A DNA stretch of 64,000 bases, from assembly GCA_963765765.1 (NCBI GenBank), contig CAVXYC010000015.1:160001-224000 (forward strand), read 5' to 3'. This document shows, in pieces, positions 54,026-64,000 of this stretch. Each line of letters starts with the position of its first letter. The stretch's first letter is position 1. The notes beneath the pieces are model-generated. The model did not search any database. It had not been told where the DNA came from and was given only the letters and a program-made list of their open reading frames with translations. This stretch comes from an uncultured Chloroflexia bacterium. GTDB lineage: Bacteria; Chloroflexota; UBA6077; JACCZL01. The position numbers and the translations under genes were made by a program.

Positions 54026-54054
54026 ATTGTACTGTCTCCGGTCGGGATTGTCAG
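54026..54054 (-). promoter_or_regulatory. Sigma70-type promoter of the nitrile hydratase operon
   Basis: CTGACA-17 nt-TACAAT, ending 32 nt before the nthB ATG. Confidence 0.6.
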
Positions 54055-54148
54055 AAGCGTCTTGCTGAATCGGGAAGGTCTAAGTCGCCTGCTGCCTGCG
54101 GTGCGGCGGAGCGCCGGACGGCGAAGTTCCGGGAGTGGGAGAGGACTT

Positions 54149-54829
54149 CTAATCGCCGTCAGTATTCGCCGTCTCGTCTCCCTGGCGAGATGGCACGCGA
54201 CGATCGCGATTCTCATCAAAAAGCTCGTGTTGAGCGTTCTCTTGCACGCGGTACTGACTCTTGCGAGCGGTCTCCTTCGTGTAGTGAGTAATGAACTGGA
54301 ATGCCACCAGCGAGAGGCTGACCATCGCCAGAGCAATCCCGTTTTGCAGTAGCACGGACGAGTTTTCCCAACCGATGAAGTGCTCCAGAAACGTCACCGC
54401 TTGGATCACCAGGATGACCGATATGACTTTCATCTCCAGATCGTTCAGTGACTCCACGCCCAGTGCAATTGGGAGATTCAATGGCGCCACAAATAAGCTG
54501 TACAGACCAATGCCAATAAGATAGAAGAAGACAGCCTTCAAGATGATGGTCACGACCTCGAGCAGCTTTACGGTGAGATCGGTTGACGTGACACTACCGT
54601 TGAGAACACCTACGGACGAAGTCCAGACGTGATAGACCGCGAGCCAGGCGCCTAGCACGAAGAGCGTGACTGCGATGCCCAGTACAGCCAGGACGCCGAG
54701 AAGCACTACGAATCGGGTATTGCCGATGATCCCGGCCAGGGGCGCAGGTGATTGCTGCGTCTCATTCTTCGATTGCCACGAGTTGTCGGCGTCGTTCGGA
54801 CTTGATGTTGCAGTCTGGTGATGTATCAA
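54149..54829 (-). CDS. YqhA/UPF0114 family membrane protein
   Basis: Four TM segments; IGLYSLFV, VESLNDLEMKVISVI, VTFLEH. Confidence 0.85.
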   Translation of the reverse strand: MIHHQTATSSPNDADNSWQSKNETQQSPAPLAGIIGNTRFVVLLGVLAVLGIAVTLFVLGAWLAVYHVWTSSVGVLNGSVTSTDLTVKLLEVVTIILKAVFFYLIGIGLYSLFVAPLNLPIALGVESLNDLEMKVISVILVIQAVTFLEHFIGWENSSVLLQNGIALAMVSLSLVAFQFITHYTKETARKSQYRVQENAQHELFDENRDRRVPSRQGDETANTDGD

Positions 54830-54934
54830 CGGTTGCGGGCCTGACTGGCGACGTGCTGTACAGGTAGGCGTCGCTAGATCGACATATCTCCTGAGCAGTG
54901 CCAGGATCCCAGTGGCACCTTTCGTGCCGATCGT

Positions 54935-55222
54935 TCAGCTGCCGCCGCGCAATAACGCGCCCGCATGCTCCAGCGCAGGCCAGTTGATGGCACCTACGGG
55001 GTACGCTGCCGCGTGAAGCAAGCTCAGGGCCTGGTTGACGCGATCCAGCCGCTCTGAGTCCATCTGCGGACCATTTCTTCTGGAATCGCGGCGGAGCTCG
55101 TCACGCAGAGCTACGAGAGAGCGTTGGATAGGACTGAGCTGCTCCGCGAGGTTCGACGGACGTTGAGCTTCAATCGTCTCGAGCATGCGCGCCACAGTTG
55201 CCAGCGATTGATCGTCGTTCAT
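54935..55222 (-). CDS. Hypothetical helical protein, last gene of the fdh operon
   Basis: ATGA overlap with the upstream NrfD-type gene. Confidence 0.65.
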   Translation of the reverse strand: MNDDQSLATVARMLETIEAQRPSNLAEQLSPIQRSLVALRDELRRDSRRNGPQMDSERLDRVNQALSLLHAAAYPVGAINWPALEHAGALLRGGS

Positions 55223-56281
55223 GTTTGGCTCGAATCGTCAGATGGCTGCGAAATTCTGAAGTAGTCCGCGGGTCGGTTGGCTGAGCTATTCCCCGCGATG
55301 ACAAAAAGCCACCGCTCGGCGAAACTGCCGACGAGCGCTGAGAACGACCCGAGCAGGACCAGCGGTTGAAGTGGTCTGCTGGTGCTCAAAACGGCCACAT
55401 GGGTGATCGCAGGTAGCATGATACCGGCACCCTTGACCAGTACTCTGTCGACGGAGCCGAAAGGACGCTCCTTTCGCGGGTCTGTGAGACCCGGCCTTCC
55501 CCCAGGCTTGCTCAACGGATCGCGAAGACCAGAGCTGGACGCCCGCGGCAAACAGGCCCAGGAGGCTCAGCGGCCGTCGATGCGTTCCTTGCGGGTTGGT
55601 GACTCCAAGAATCAGATCAATTGCTGCAATTGCTGAGGCAATGGCTGTGCTTCCAAAGAGCACTGGAAGCGGTCGCGCCGCGGTGAGCCAGAGAGGTGTG
55701 CTGGTACTGGAGAGCAACGTTGCCGTGTACGTTGACATAGCGGCCCCCGAGACGGCGCCAAGGATTCCAGCGATCCGGTCCACCTTCGCAAGTTCATTGG
55801 ACTGAGTCCGATTCCGCCAGAAGTGAGTAGCGGCGGCAATGCTGCTCGAGAAGCCGAAGGCGCTCAGAACCCAGGAGCCGATGCTCATAGGTGACGTTGG
55901 CCGAGCGATGCGCAGCATGTTGTACCAACGGGTCGGTGTATGCAAATCGAGAATGAGCAGCACCGGACTGATCAGCGTTCCCGCGAGTGCGAGATAGCGA
56001 CCCGTCCGCACGACGGGTCGCTGCGAAGGCCCGCCGAACAGATCGGCGACGGTTGCGACGACCTGGGCTGCGCCTGCCAAACCGCCGAGGAAGAAGTAAG
56101 AGGCAATGAGCCAGCCCCAGGGGCTCGGCTTGACGACCGGGAGTCCGTAATAGTGCTCACCTCGATACGGTCGGAATTCCAGGTCGGATCGTCGCTTACT
56201 GGAGCGCTGAGAAACCTCACCCGATGCACGATCTGTATGTCGGCCGTATCGATGGGGCCGGGCCTCGCCGTCACCGTTCAC
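55219..56281 (-). CDS. NrfD/PsrC-family membrane anchor (frameshift near 55500)
   Basis: YYGLPVVKPSPWGWLIASYFFLGGLAG, LILDLHTPTRW, SPMSIGSW, YTATLL; shifted frame AERWLFVIAG. Confidence 0.9.
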
Positions 56282-57199
56282 TTCGATCGAGCTCGTGGAC
56301 GCGATTCCGCGAACGCCGCCGCGGCGGCCAGAGCAAAGGCCGCCATTGTTGCCATGCCGGTGACCACGCCACGACGGACACGTCGCGAAGGAAGTGATGG
56401 AGCGGTCGGAAGGTTGTAGACCTCGGGTCGATCGGTCAGGAGAAAGAACGCGTGTAGATCGCCGATGCCGCCCGTCGTACCCGAAGCTTCGTCGATCCCA
56501 TATAACTGAGCTGACGAAACGCCCCGGTCCTGAAGGCTATTCACGCGCCGGCGGGCACGCTCCTTCAGCTCAGGTCAGCTCACCGAACTGGATGGAGTTC
56601 GTCGGGCACGACTTGGCGCAGGCGGGCTCCAGTCCACCTTTCAGTCGGTCGTAGCATAGCGTGCACTTGTGCGCCTTACCATCGACCTTGTTGATGGCGA
56701 CGACGCCAAACGGGCACGCTGGTACGCAATAACCACAGCCGTTGCAGATGTCCTGCTGGACGACGACAGTATCGAACTCGGTCCGGAAAAGCGCACCTGT
56801 CGGACATGCCTCCAGGCAGGCCGCGTTTTCGCAGTGCTTGCAGACGTCGCTCAACATGAGCCAGTTGCTCTGGAAGGGTGGCATCTCCGTGACCGGCTCT
56901 GATTCGACATCGCTAATCTTCTCGATGAAGCTGACGTGTCGCCAGGTCGTGGCTCCCAGCGAGCCCGTGTTGTCATAACTATTGCCGCTGAGCTTCATCT
57001 CTTCGGCAGGCAGCACATTCCATTCTTTGCAGGCGACCTCACAGGCCTTGCAGCCGATACAGAGCGTGGTATCGGTGAAGAAGCCATACTGCTTGCCCGG
57101 CTCAATGCGGACGCCGGCGGAGATTTCGGACTCGTTTTCGATCCGGCCAGCGGTGTCTCGGGCGCGCTCGGGAATATAGCGGGGAAAGAGTGCGCTCAT
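56278..57199 (-). CDS. Formate dehydrogenase iron-sulfur (beta) subunit (extra base near 56573)
   Basis: CIGCKACEVAC, CKHC...CLEACP, CNGCGYCVPACP, CTLC...CAKSCP; C-terminal TM helix in the shifted frame. Confidence 0.93.
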
Positions 57200-57248
57200 G
57201 TTTGATTGGCTCCGAGGAATGCCGCGAATTCGCTCATCAATATCTTCA

Positions 57249-60200
57249 TCACCTCAACCGACCCTTCCTTACGTTGCAGGTAAACGCCTTGCCCTCATGG
57301 ATCGATGTGTTTGGGTCGCCCACCAGAGCGGTGAGATCGTTCACAATGTCGCCCGTAGCGTAGCCCTCCCAGCCAAAGTGCCAGGGCAGACCAATCTGGA
57401 AGATCTGGCGTCCGTCTATCGTGAGCTGCCTGAGGCGATCGGTCACCAGCGCGCGTGTTTCGATCTCACCTCGCGCTGTGGAGACAACCACCCAATCCAG
57501 CGAGGCGAGCCCGAGCTGACTGGCCAGCTCAGACGGGATCTCGGCAAATCCTTCCGGCTGAAGCTCCGCCGTCGATGGAACGAATCGCGTGGGAATTCCG
57601 CCGGAATGATGCTCGGTGAGGCGGTGCGTGGTGATGACATATGGATACGCTGGATCTCCGACGGCATGGTACCGATTGTCTTCTCGCTCCCAGCGCTTGG
57701 CTGCCGGGTTGTCCTGTTGCTCATAGAGCGGATTCTTTACGGGAGATTCGACCGGCTCATAGTGGCTGGGTAAGGGACCATCGCGCAGCCCTGACGGGAC
57801 GAAGAGCGCGGCCTTGCCGTCAGCGTTCATCATGAACGGCGATTTGCCATCGTGCGCGTCAACTCCGCCTGGTGCATCTGATGACCAGTCAGGGACAAAC
57901 GACGGCGCCTTGTCGGCTGGACAGTCGGGGATGTCATTCCCGCCCCAGCGCCCGGATTCTTCATCCCACCAGAGATAGCGCTTGCGCTCCGACCAAGGCT
58001 TTCCTTCTGGATCCGCGGATGCGCGGTTGTAGAGCACACGCCGATTGCTGGGCCAGGCATAGCCCCAATTCAGATGGCTTCCGGAGCCTTCTGGACCATC
58101 TGCCACACGCGACCGAGCCCGGTTTTCGTCTGAGCTGGGGTGCACTCCGGCGTAGATCCAGACGCCGCACGCGGTGCAGCCGTCATCCTTTAGCTCGCGC
58201 GGGTCGGTGATTTGTTCGCCCGTGGCCACGGTGAATCCATTTATCTCCCGAAGCACGGCTTCCGCAGATGGTTCCTGGTGCGGACCTTCGGTGGGATAGT
58301 CCCAGGTCAAGTTCTGAATGGGTTCATCGCGCGGATCGGCGCTGCCAGAGTAAAGCTCTTTCAGCCGCACGCCCAGGTGGTGAAAGAACCACAGGTCGGA
58401 TCGCGTATCGCCCGGCGGCTCCACAACCTTATCGTGCCATTGAATGAGCCGATGGGTATTGGTGAACGTGCCCTCCTTCTCGCCAGGCAGCGCAGCCGGA
58501 AGCAGGAAGATCTCAGTCTGGATGCTGCTCGCATCCAGCTCACCGTTCTCCACTTCGGGCGAGCTGAGCCAGAAGTTGGCTGTCTCGTTCTCGAATGTCT
58601 CGCGAACCACCATCCACTCGAGATTTCCAAGCGACTTCCGAATCAGGCGGGTATTGTGCCCACCTACGGCCGGGTTCTGGCCGATGAGCAGGAGCCCCTT
58701 AATGAGTCCATCGGCAATAGCCATCATCATCACGGACTGTGAATGATCGCCCATGATTTTCGGAATCCAGGAATACCCCCAGCTGTTCTGCGCCGTGGCT
58801 CGCTCGCCGTACCACGCTTTGAGGAGGCTGACGATGTACTTGGGGAAGTTGGACCACCAGCCGGTCGGCGCTGTTTCGGCACTTACATAGTCCTGAAATG
58901 ACTGGTGAGGCCGGTATGAGGCTGGTTGCGGCAGATACCCAGGCAGCAGGTTGTAGAGCGTTGGAACGTCCGTGCTGCCCTGAATACTGGTGTGGCCGCG
59001 GAGAGCGAGGATTCCACCGCCGGGGCGACCAATGTTTCCCAGCAGCGTCTGAATGATGGCCGCGGCCCGGATTGTCTGGACTCCTGTCGTGTGATGCGTC
59101 CAGCCAACGGCGTAGCACCACGCTCCGGTACGTTCGCGGCCGGAGTTTCGGGTCACTTCGTCGGCAATCTTCAAGAACGTTTCGCGCGGGCAACCTGTGA
59201 TGCGCTCCACCATCTCAGGCGTATAGCGCGCATAGTGCCGCCGCAGGATCTGGTACACGCAACGCGGATCCTGGAGCGTCGGATCGGTTGGCGGGGGGCC
59301 GTGACCGGCCTTTTCACGCGCGAGATGGCTTTCCACCTCAGGATGATGTTCTCCCTGATCTGACGGCGTCTGATGCCCGTATTGCCACGAATCCGACTGA
59401 TAAGCGTGACCTTTATCGTCCCAGCCGGAGAAAAGCCCCTCGAGGTCTTCAGGATCCTGGTAGCGCTCGTCGATGATATGCGCGATGTTGGTGTAATTGA
59501 GTACATACTCTTTGAACCAGAGATCGTGCTCCAAGATGTGCCGAATGAGACCACCCAGAAAGGCGATGTCCGAGCCTGCCCGAACCGGCGCATAGATGTC
59601 CGCCATCGCTGACGTGCGCGTGAAGCGCGGATCAACGTGGATGATCGTCGCGCCACGCTCCTTCGCCTCTAGCACGAAGCGAAAGGCAATGGGATGGTTC
59701 TCGGCCATGTTGGAGCCCATGATCACGACACAATCGGAGCTCGCCAGGTCCCACTGAGCAGTTGTCGCGGCGCCGCGCCCGAATGTGGCGCCCAGACTGG
59801 GCACCGATGAGCTGTGTCATATGCGCGCCTGATTCTCGATCCAGACCATCCCCAGGCCGGCGCCGCACAGTTTCTTGATCAGATAGTTCTCTTCGTTGTC
59901 CAGTGTGGCGCCGCCGAGCTCCGCGATCCCCAGCGTGTGGTTGACAACTGTTCCATCCGGCAGTTTCTCAACGAATGTCTCGTCGCGCGTTTGCTTCACG
60001 AGCTGGGCGATACGCTCCATGGACCATTCGAGCGACTTCTCTTCCCAGTGATCCGAGTACGGGGCTCGGTACTTCACCATGGTTAAGCGATTGGGATTGG
60101 AGAGCCAGCCGAACGTGGCCGCGCCCTTAGGGCAGAGCGTGCCCTGATTGATGGGGCTGCGCGGGTCGCCCTCGATGTGGATGATGTCATTGCCGCGAGC

Positions 60201-60401
60201 GTAGATGAGCTGGGCGCAGCCCACGGCACAGTACGGGCAGATGCTGGTCCCGACTCGATCGGCATCTTCGAGACGTGGGCGCGTGTCGCGGGAGGCCGCG
60301 GATTCAGCGGCTTTTCGAGATGAGTCCTGCCCTTGTAACTGACGCGGAACGGACCAATCTGATAGCGTCTGCTGAAGCCGCGTCCAGACGTTACTGGCCA
60401 A
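57249..60401 (-). CDS. Selenocysteine formate dehydrogenase alpha subunit (Mo/W-bisPGD), Sec TGA at 59817-59819
   Basis: CPYCAVGC, LCPKG, ENQARI-TGA-HSSSVPSL continuing in frame into 57249..59804; ALRGH; C-terminal RLTEHH. Confidence 0.96.
59787..59805 (-). promoter_or_regulatory. SECIS element of fdh alpha
   Basis: GGTGCCCA-GTC-TGGGCGCC hairpin starting after an 11-nt spacer downstream of the TGA. Confidence 0.85.
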
Positions 60402-60481
60402 GCAGTCTCATCCTTTCCACGGAACTATCGTAGCTCAGCCAACCGCACGAGGGGGCGTAAGTCACCTCGGAAGTCGGATCG

Positions 60482-60700
60482 TCAGGCGCGGCGCACGTAG
60501 TGTGCCGAAGCCGATGCTAATCCCGGCTGTCCCGTGTACTCGACAACCACCGGCGCGCCCTCCGCCAGCAATGCTCGAAGCTCGTCCGCCTGGAGATTCG
60601 CACCGCGACCCAGTGTGAGTAAGAAGCTTTGCCCAGTATCCGATGTCACGCGAAATCGCTGCTCCTGGACAAGCGTTATGCGTCCACTCAAGGTTGTCAT
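60482..60700 (-). CDS. Small hypothetical protein upstream of fdh
   Basis: 72 aa, beta-rich: GRITLVQEQRFRV...VVVEYTG. Confidence 0.65.
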   Translation of the reverse strand: MTTLSGRITLVQEQRFRVTSDTGQSFLLTLGRGANLQADELRALLAEGAPVVVEYTGQPGLASASAHYVRRA

Positions 60701-60809
60701 GTCCGATTGAATTCTGAGTTACTCCGTTGCCATCGTGCCATCCTGGCGTGCCGATCGCATGACGACAAGAGAGTGCTGGCATGTGCCGTGCGTCGGTAGG
60801 GTGAACAAC

Positions 60810-61757
60810 ATGTCAACCGGGAGTAGGCGAACCCAATGCAATCTGACCGACGCGGGTCACGTCCTTCGCTGTGTCATCCAGCATTCTCTACGCGATGATG
60901 TGCCAGGGCTCGCTGCCGAGCTTGCGTACAAGTTCTTCCTCGGGCTATTTCCGTTCCTGATGTTTCTTACCGCGCTCGGCGGGTTCGTATCGTCCCAACT
61001 AGGAATACGAAACCCCGCCGAGAACGTCGCTGAAACTTCGCAGGAAGGGCTGCCTCCGTCAGCGGCGGATCTCGTTACTCGGGAGCTTCGGGCGATGATC
61101 GGCGAACGGAATCCAGGCCTCCTCTCAGGCAGCATTGTCGGGGCACTTTTAATAGCTACGACAGGCGTGACGTCCATTATGAAGGCGTCGAATCGTGCCT
61201 ACGAGGTTCCCGAGACCCGACCGTGGCTCCAGCGATCCCTCCTGGCACTCTTGCTGACTGTGTTGGCGGGAGGATTCATCATCATTGCATTGGCGCTGGC
61301 GCTTGTCGGGCAGATCGTCGGCTCTCAGATTGCTCAAGTTTTCCAGATTGAGGGGGCGTTCTGGACGATCTATACCATCGCCCGGTGGCCCCTCATTACT
61401 CTCCTAGTGCTGGCAGCGGTGGCGCTGCTCTACCGTCTTGCGCCAAACGTGGACCAGCCGATTGGTTGGGTGACTCCCGGCGCCGTTTTATTTGTGTTGA
61501 GCTGGTTAGGCGGAACGTACATCTTCAGCGGCTACGTCGCGAGCTTCCACACGTACGATTTCGTCTATGGCACTGCTGGAGGGGTGGTTGTGCTCCTGGT
61601 GTGGTTCTACATGAGCGGCCTCATGCTTCTGCTCGGCCTGGAGCTCAACCAGGCAATTGATCAGCAGATCGGGCCTCGCCAAATTGAGAACAGAGCTCGT
61701 GAGCTCGGTGCAACACGAGCAGAAGACAGAATACCTGTAGGATCCAGCGTGGGTTGA
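60810..61757 (+). CDS. YihY/virulence factor BrkB family membrane protein
   Basis: LAAELAY, LFPFL, NRAYEVPETRPW, LLYRLAPN, TPGA, YGTAGGVVVLLVWFY. Confidence 0.93.
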   Translation: MSTGSRRTQCNLTDAGHVLRCVIQHSLRDDVPGLAAELAYKFFLGLFPFLMFLTALGGFVSSQLGIRNPAENVAETSQEGLPPSAADLVTRELRAMIGERNPGLLSGSIVGALLIATTGVTSIMKASNRAYEVPETRPWLQRSLLALLLTVLAGGFIIIALALALVGQIVGSQIAQVFQIEGAFWTIYTIARWPLITLLVLAAVALLYRLAPNVDQPIGWVTPGAVLFVLSWLGGTYIFSGYVASFHTYDFVYGTAGGVVVLLVWFYMSGLMLLLGLELNQAIDQQIGPRQIENRARELGATRAEDRIPVGSSVG

Positions 61758-61883
61758 GCCGCCTCGCTTGGGCGTGAGCCATCGTCGGACTTACTGAAGA
61801 CATCCGTGAAGCCGCGGCTTGACGGTCCGCTCAAATTGCCACGATAGTCACTGGCGCAGACTGTCTTTCGTCCACAGTGGAGG

Positions 61884-63059
61884 TTGAGCGTGGCAACGCA
61901 GGCACTGGAGCTAAGCATTGAGGCGCTGCGAAAGCGCCGCGGGACTAAATGGCACCGTTATCCGGATGACGTGCTGGGCGCCTGGGTGGCAGACATGGAT
62001 TTCACGGTGGCGGAGCCCGTTGAAGCAGCCATCCGACGCATCGTAGACGCCGGCGATTACGGGTATGGGGCTCGCTTGGGCGAAGAGAGCCTCGCAGCTG
62101 CGTTCCAGTTTCGCATGGACAGTCACTTCGGTTGGACTCCTGAAACAGACCACGTCCAGGCCGTTTCCGATCTAATTCAAGCGCTCTTCGCGGCGATCCA
62201 CGCGTTCAGCGAGCCCGGCGATGGAATCATTCTGCAGTCGCCCATCTATCCACCGTTCCTTGCGGCGATCGATCAAACCGGACGTCGGCTTGATGACAAT
62301 CCGCTTGTCGATACCGGTTCAAGTTTCGCGCTGGATATGGATGGGCTTCGCGCGCGCATCGACGAGCGTACACGTATTCTGCTCGTCTGCAATCCTCACA
62401 ACCCCACCGGTCGGGTCTTCACGCGCGAAGAGCTTCTGGCTCTCGGTGAGCTTGCTGTGGAGCGCGACCTGGTGGTGATCTGCGATGAGATTCACGCAGA
62501 TCTCGTGTATCCAGGACGGACGTTTGTACCGTTCGCCACGCTCCCCCGCGAGATCGCCGACCGGACAATCACCATTACTTCGGCCACCAAGGGCTTCAAC
62601 ATTCCCGGTCTGAAATGCGGCGTGATGTACTTCGGTTCAGCCGAGCTGAAGCGTCGCTTCCATAAGACCATTCCCGAGCGACTTCTTGGACAGGTCAACG
62701 TGCTTGGTGTAGATGCGACCGTGGCGGCCTGGCGCGAGGGTCAGCCGTGGCTCGACCAGGTGATGACGCGACTCGTAGCGAACCGCGAGCGTGTGGCGGA
62801 TTTCATCCAAGAAGAGCTACCTGAGGTTCAACACTATGCGCCCGAAGGGACGTTTCTTGCCTGGATGGACTGCCGCGAGCTCGAGCTGCAGCCATCGGCA
62901 TACAAGTTCTTTCTCGATCGCGCCAAAGTCGGCCTGAACGACGGCGCGGACTTCGGCACAAACGGCGAAACCTGCGTCCGCCTGAACTTCGGCACGTCTG
63001 GGGTGATCCTCGATCAGATTTTGGCCCGCATGGTCTCAGCGGTACGAGGACGATCCTAG
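61884..63059 (+). CDS. MalY/PatB-type PLP-dependent C-S lyase/aminotransferase
   Basis: WVADMDF, CNPHNPTGRV, DEIHADL, SATKGFNIPGLK, RLNFGT. Confidence 0.94.
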   Translation: MSVATQALELSIEALRKRRGTKWHRYPDDVLGAWVADMDFTVAEPVEAAIRRIVDAGDYGYGARLGEESLAAAFQFRMDSHFGWTPETDHVQAVSDLIQALFAAIHAFSEPGDGIILQSPIYPPFLAAIDQTGRRLDDNPLVDTGSSFALDMDGLRARIDERTRILLVCNPHNPTGRVFTREELLALGELAVERDLVVICDEIHADLVYPGRTFVPFATLPREIADRTITITSATKGFNIPGLKCGVMYFGSAELKRRFHKTIPERLLGQVNVLGVDATVAAWREGQPWLDQVMTRLVANRERVADFIQEELPEVQHYAPEGTFLAWMDCRELELQPSAYKFFLDRAKVGLNDGADFGTNGETCVRLNFGTSGVILDQILARMVSAVRGRS

Positions 63060-63211
63060 AAGTTTAAAAAGGCAGTCGCGCCGGTCACCTGAATCGGTCA
63101 TTTCCTCAATTAAATATCGGTTGAACACCGGGTCAAAAGGTCGCTCGTTTCGCGTAGCGTCACGTACCATGACGGTCGCGTAGTGTGCGAAAAGAGACCA
63201 AGGGAGGACAG

Positions 63212-64000
63212 ATGATCCACAGCACTGACCGAATCCTGGTGACCCACCAGGGCACGTTGCCGAGACCGTCGGATCTGCGCCAGATGGTGCTGGACCGCGC
63301 GGCGGGCCGGCCCGTTGACAAAGAGAAGATCGCCTCGCGGGTCGCTGAGGCGACGCGGGAAGTAGTGAAACGGCAGCTTGACATCGGCATTGACAGTATC
63401 AATGATGGTGAGCTGAATAAGTCTAGCTTCTCCAACTACGTCCGCGAGCGCCTCGGCGGCATCACCGTGGTGCCGGCCAAGGAGGGTGACGGACTCGAGC
63501 AACAGATGATGTTCTCCCGCGACATCCCAGAGTACGAAGAATACTTCAAGGATCGCATGGATGCCGCGCTGAAGGCGCCGCGTCTACTGGCTACAGGACC
63601 GATCACTTACGTCGGCCAGTCCGACATCCAGGCGGACATTGCCAATTTCAAGGCCGCGATGGAGGGGCACAACGTCACCGAGGCGTATCTCCCCGCGGTC
63701 ACTCCGGGGACAATGGAGCACTGGCTCAGGAATCAGCATTACGCCACCGATGAGGAGTTCCTCATGGCCTGCGCGGACGCCATGCATGAGGAGTATCAGG
63801 CTATCGTGGACGCCGGATTCCTCCTGCAGGTGGACGACCCGGATCTTCCGGATGGTTGGCACATCCATACAGAAATGGATCTCCCGCAGTACCTGAAGTT
63901 CGCTGATCTCCGCGTGGACGCTCTCAACCACGCGCTCCGTGGTATTCCCGAGGACCGCGTGCGCTTCCACACCTGTTGGGGTAGTTATCACGGGCCGCAC
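63212..64000 (+). CDS. Short MetE-like protein, paralog 3 (runs off the right edge)
   Basis: Manual translation MIHSTDRILVTHQGTLPRP...NDGE...LQVDDP...RFHTCWGSYHGPH; RBS GGAGG. Confidence 0.9.
   Translation, partial: MIHSTDRILVTHQGTLPRPSDLRQMVLDRAAGRPVDKEKIASRVAEATREVVKRQLDIGIDSINDGELNKSSFSNYVRERLGGITVVPAKEGDGLEQQMMFSRDIPEYEEYFKDRMDAALKAPRLLATGPITYVGQSDIQADIANFKAAMEGHNVTEAYLPAVTPGTMEHWLRNQHYATDEEFLMACADAMHEEYQAIVDAGFLLQVDDPDLPDGWHIHTEMDLPQYLKFADLRVDALNHALRGIPEDRVRFHTCWGSYHGPH

Noticed and set aside
56570-56572. TGA in fdh beta as a second Sec codon
   Set aside because: The homologous continuation (ELKERARRRV...) is in another frame, so this is an extra base rather than read-through.
1-64000. 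CRISPR array, rRNA, prophage, and the many antisense or alternate-frame ORFs
   Set aside because: No regularly spaced direct repeats, cas, rRNA or phage genes were seen; shadow ORFs are expected in GC-rich DNA.

Overview
GC-rich bacterial chromosomal window. The gene content (paralogous LigX/phthalate-type Rieske oxygenases, short MetE-like proteins, amidohydrolases, double cupin, CMD proteins) suggests an environmental Chloroflexota-like organism; this is an inference. About 20 single-base frameshifts in otherwise intact genes point to an error-prone long-read consensus. Recognisable blocks are: a MEDS sensor / GAF histidine kinase / receiver cluster, two D-aminoacylase-like amidohydrolases, three Rieske oxygenase alpha subunits, a DEAD-box helicase, three MetE-like proteins, a methyltransferase-GT2-YqcI/YcgG-DUF1989 operon, galK-galE plus a glf/glycosidase cluster, a Co-type nitrile hydratase operon, and a selenocysteine formate dehydrogenase operon. 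Several REP/REPIN-like repeat families and an ISAs1 remnant are also present. Two observations stand out. (1) The MEDS sensor gene has an in-frame TGA (4608-4610) at a position that is Cys in homologues as I recall them. It is followed by a SECIS-like hairpin and shares the context C-ATA-TGA-C with the Sec codon of the formate dehydrogenase, making it a candidate selenocysteine sensor for a two-component system. (2) About 3.5 kb away is a tRNA gene with a Leu-type body but a UCA anticodon (8062-8148), which could be an opal-reading tRNA or a decaying pseudo-tRNA.
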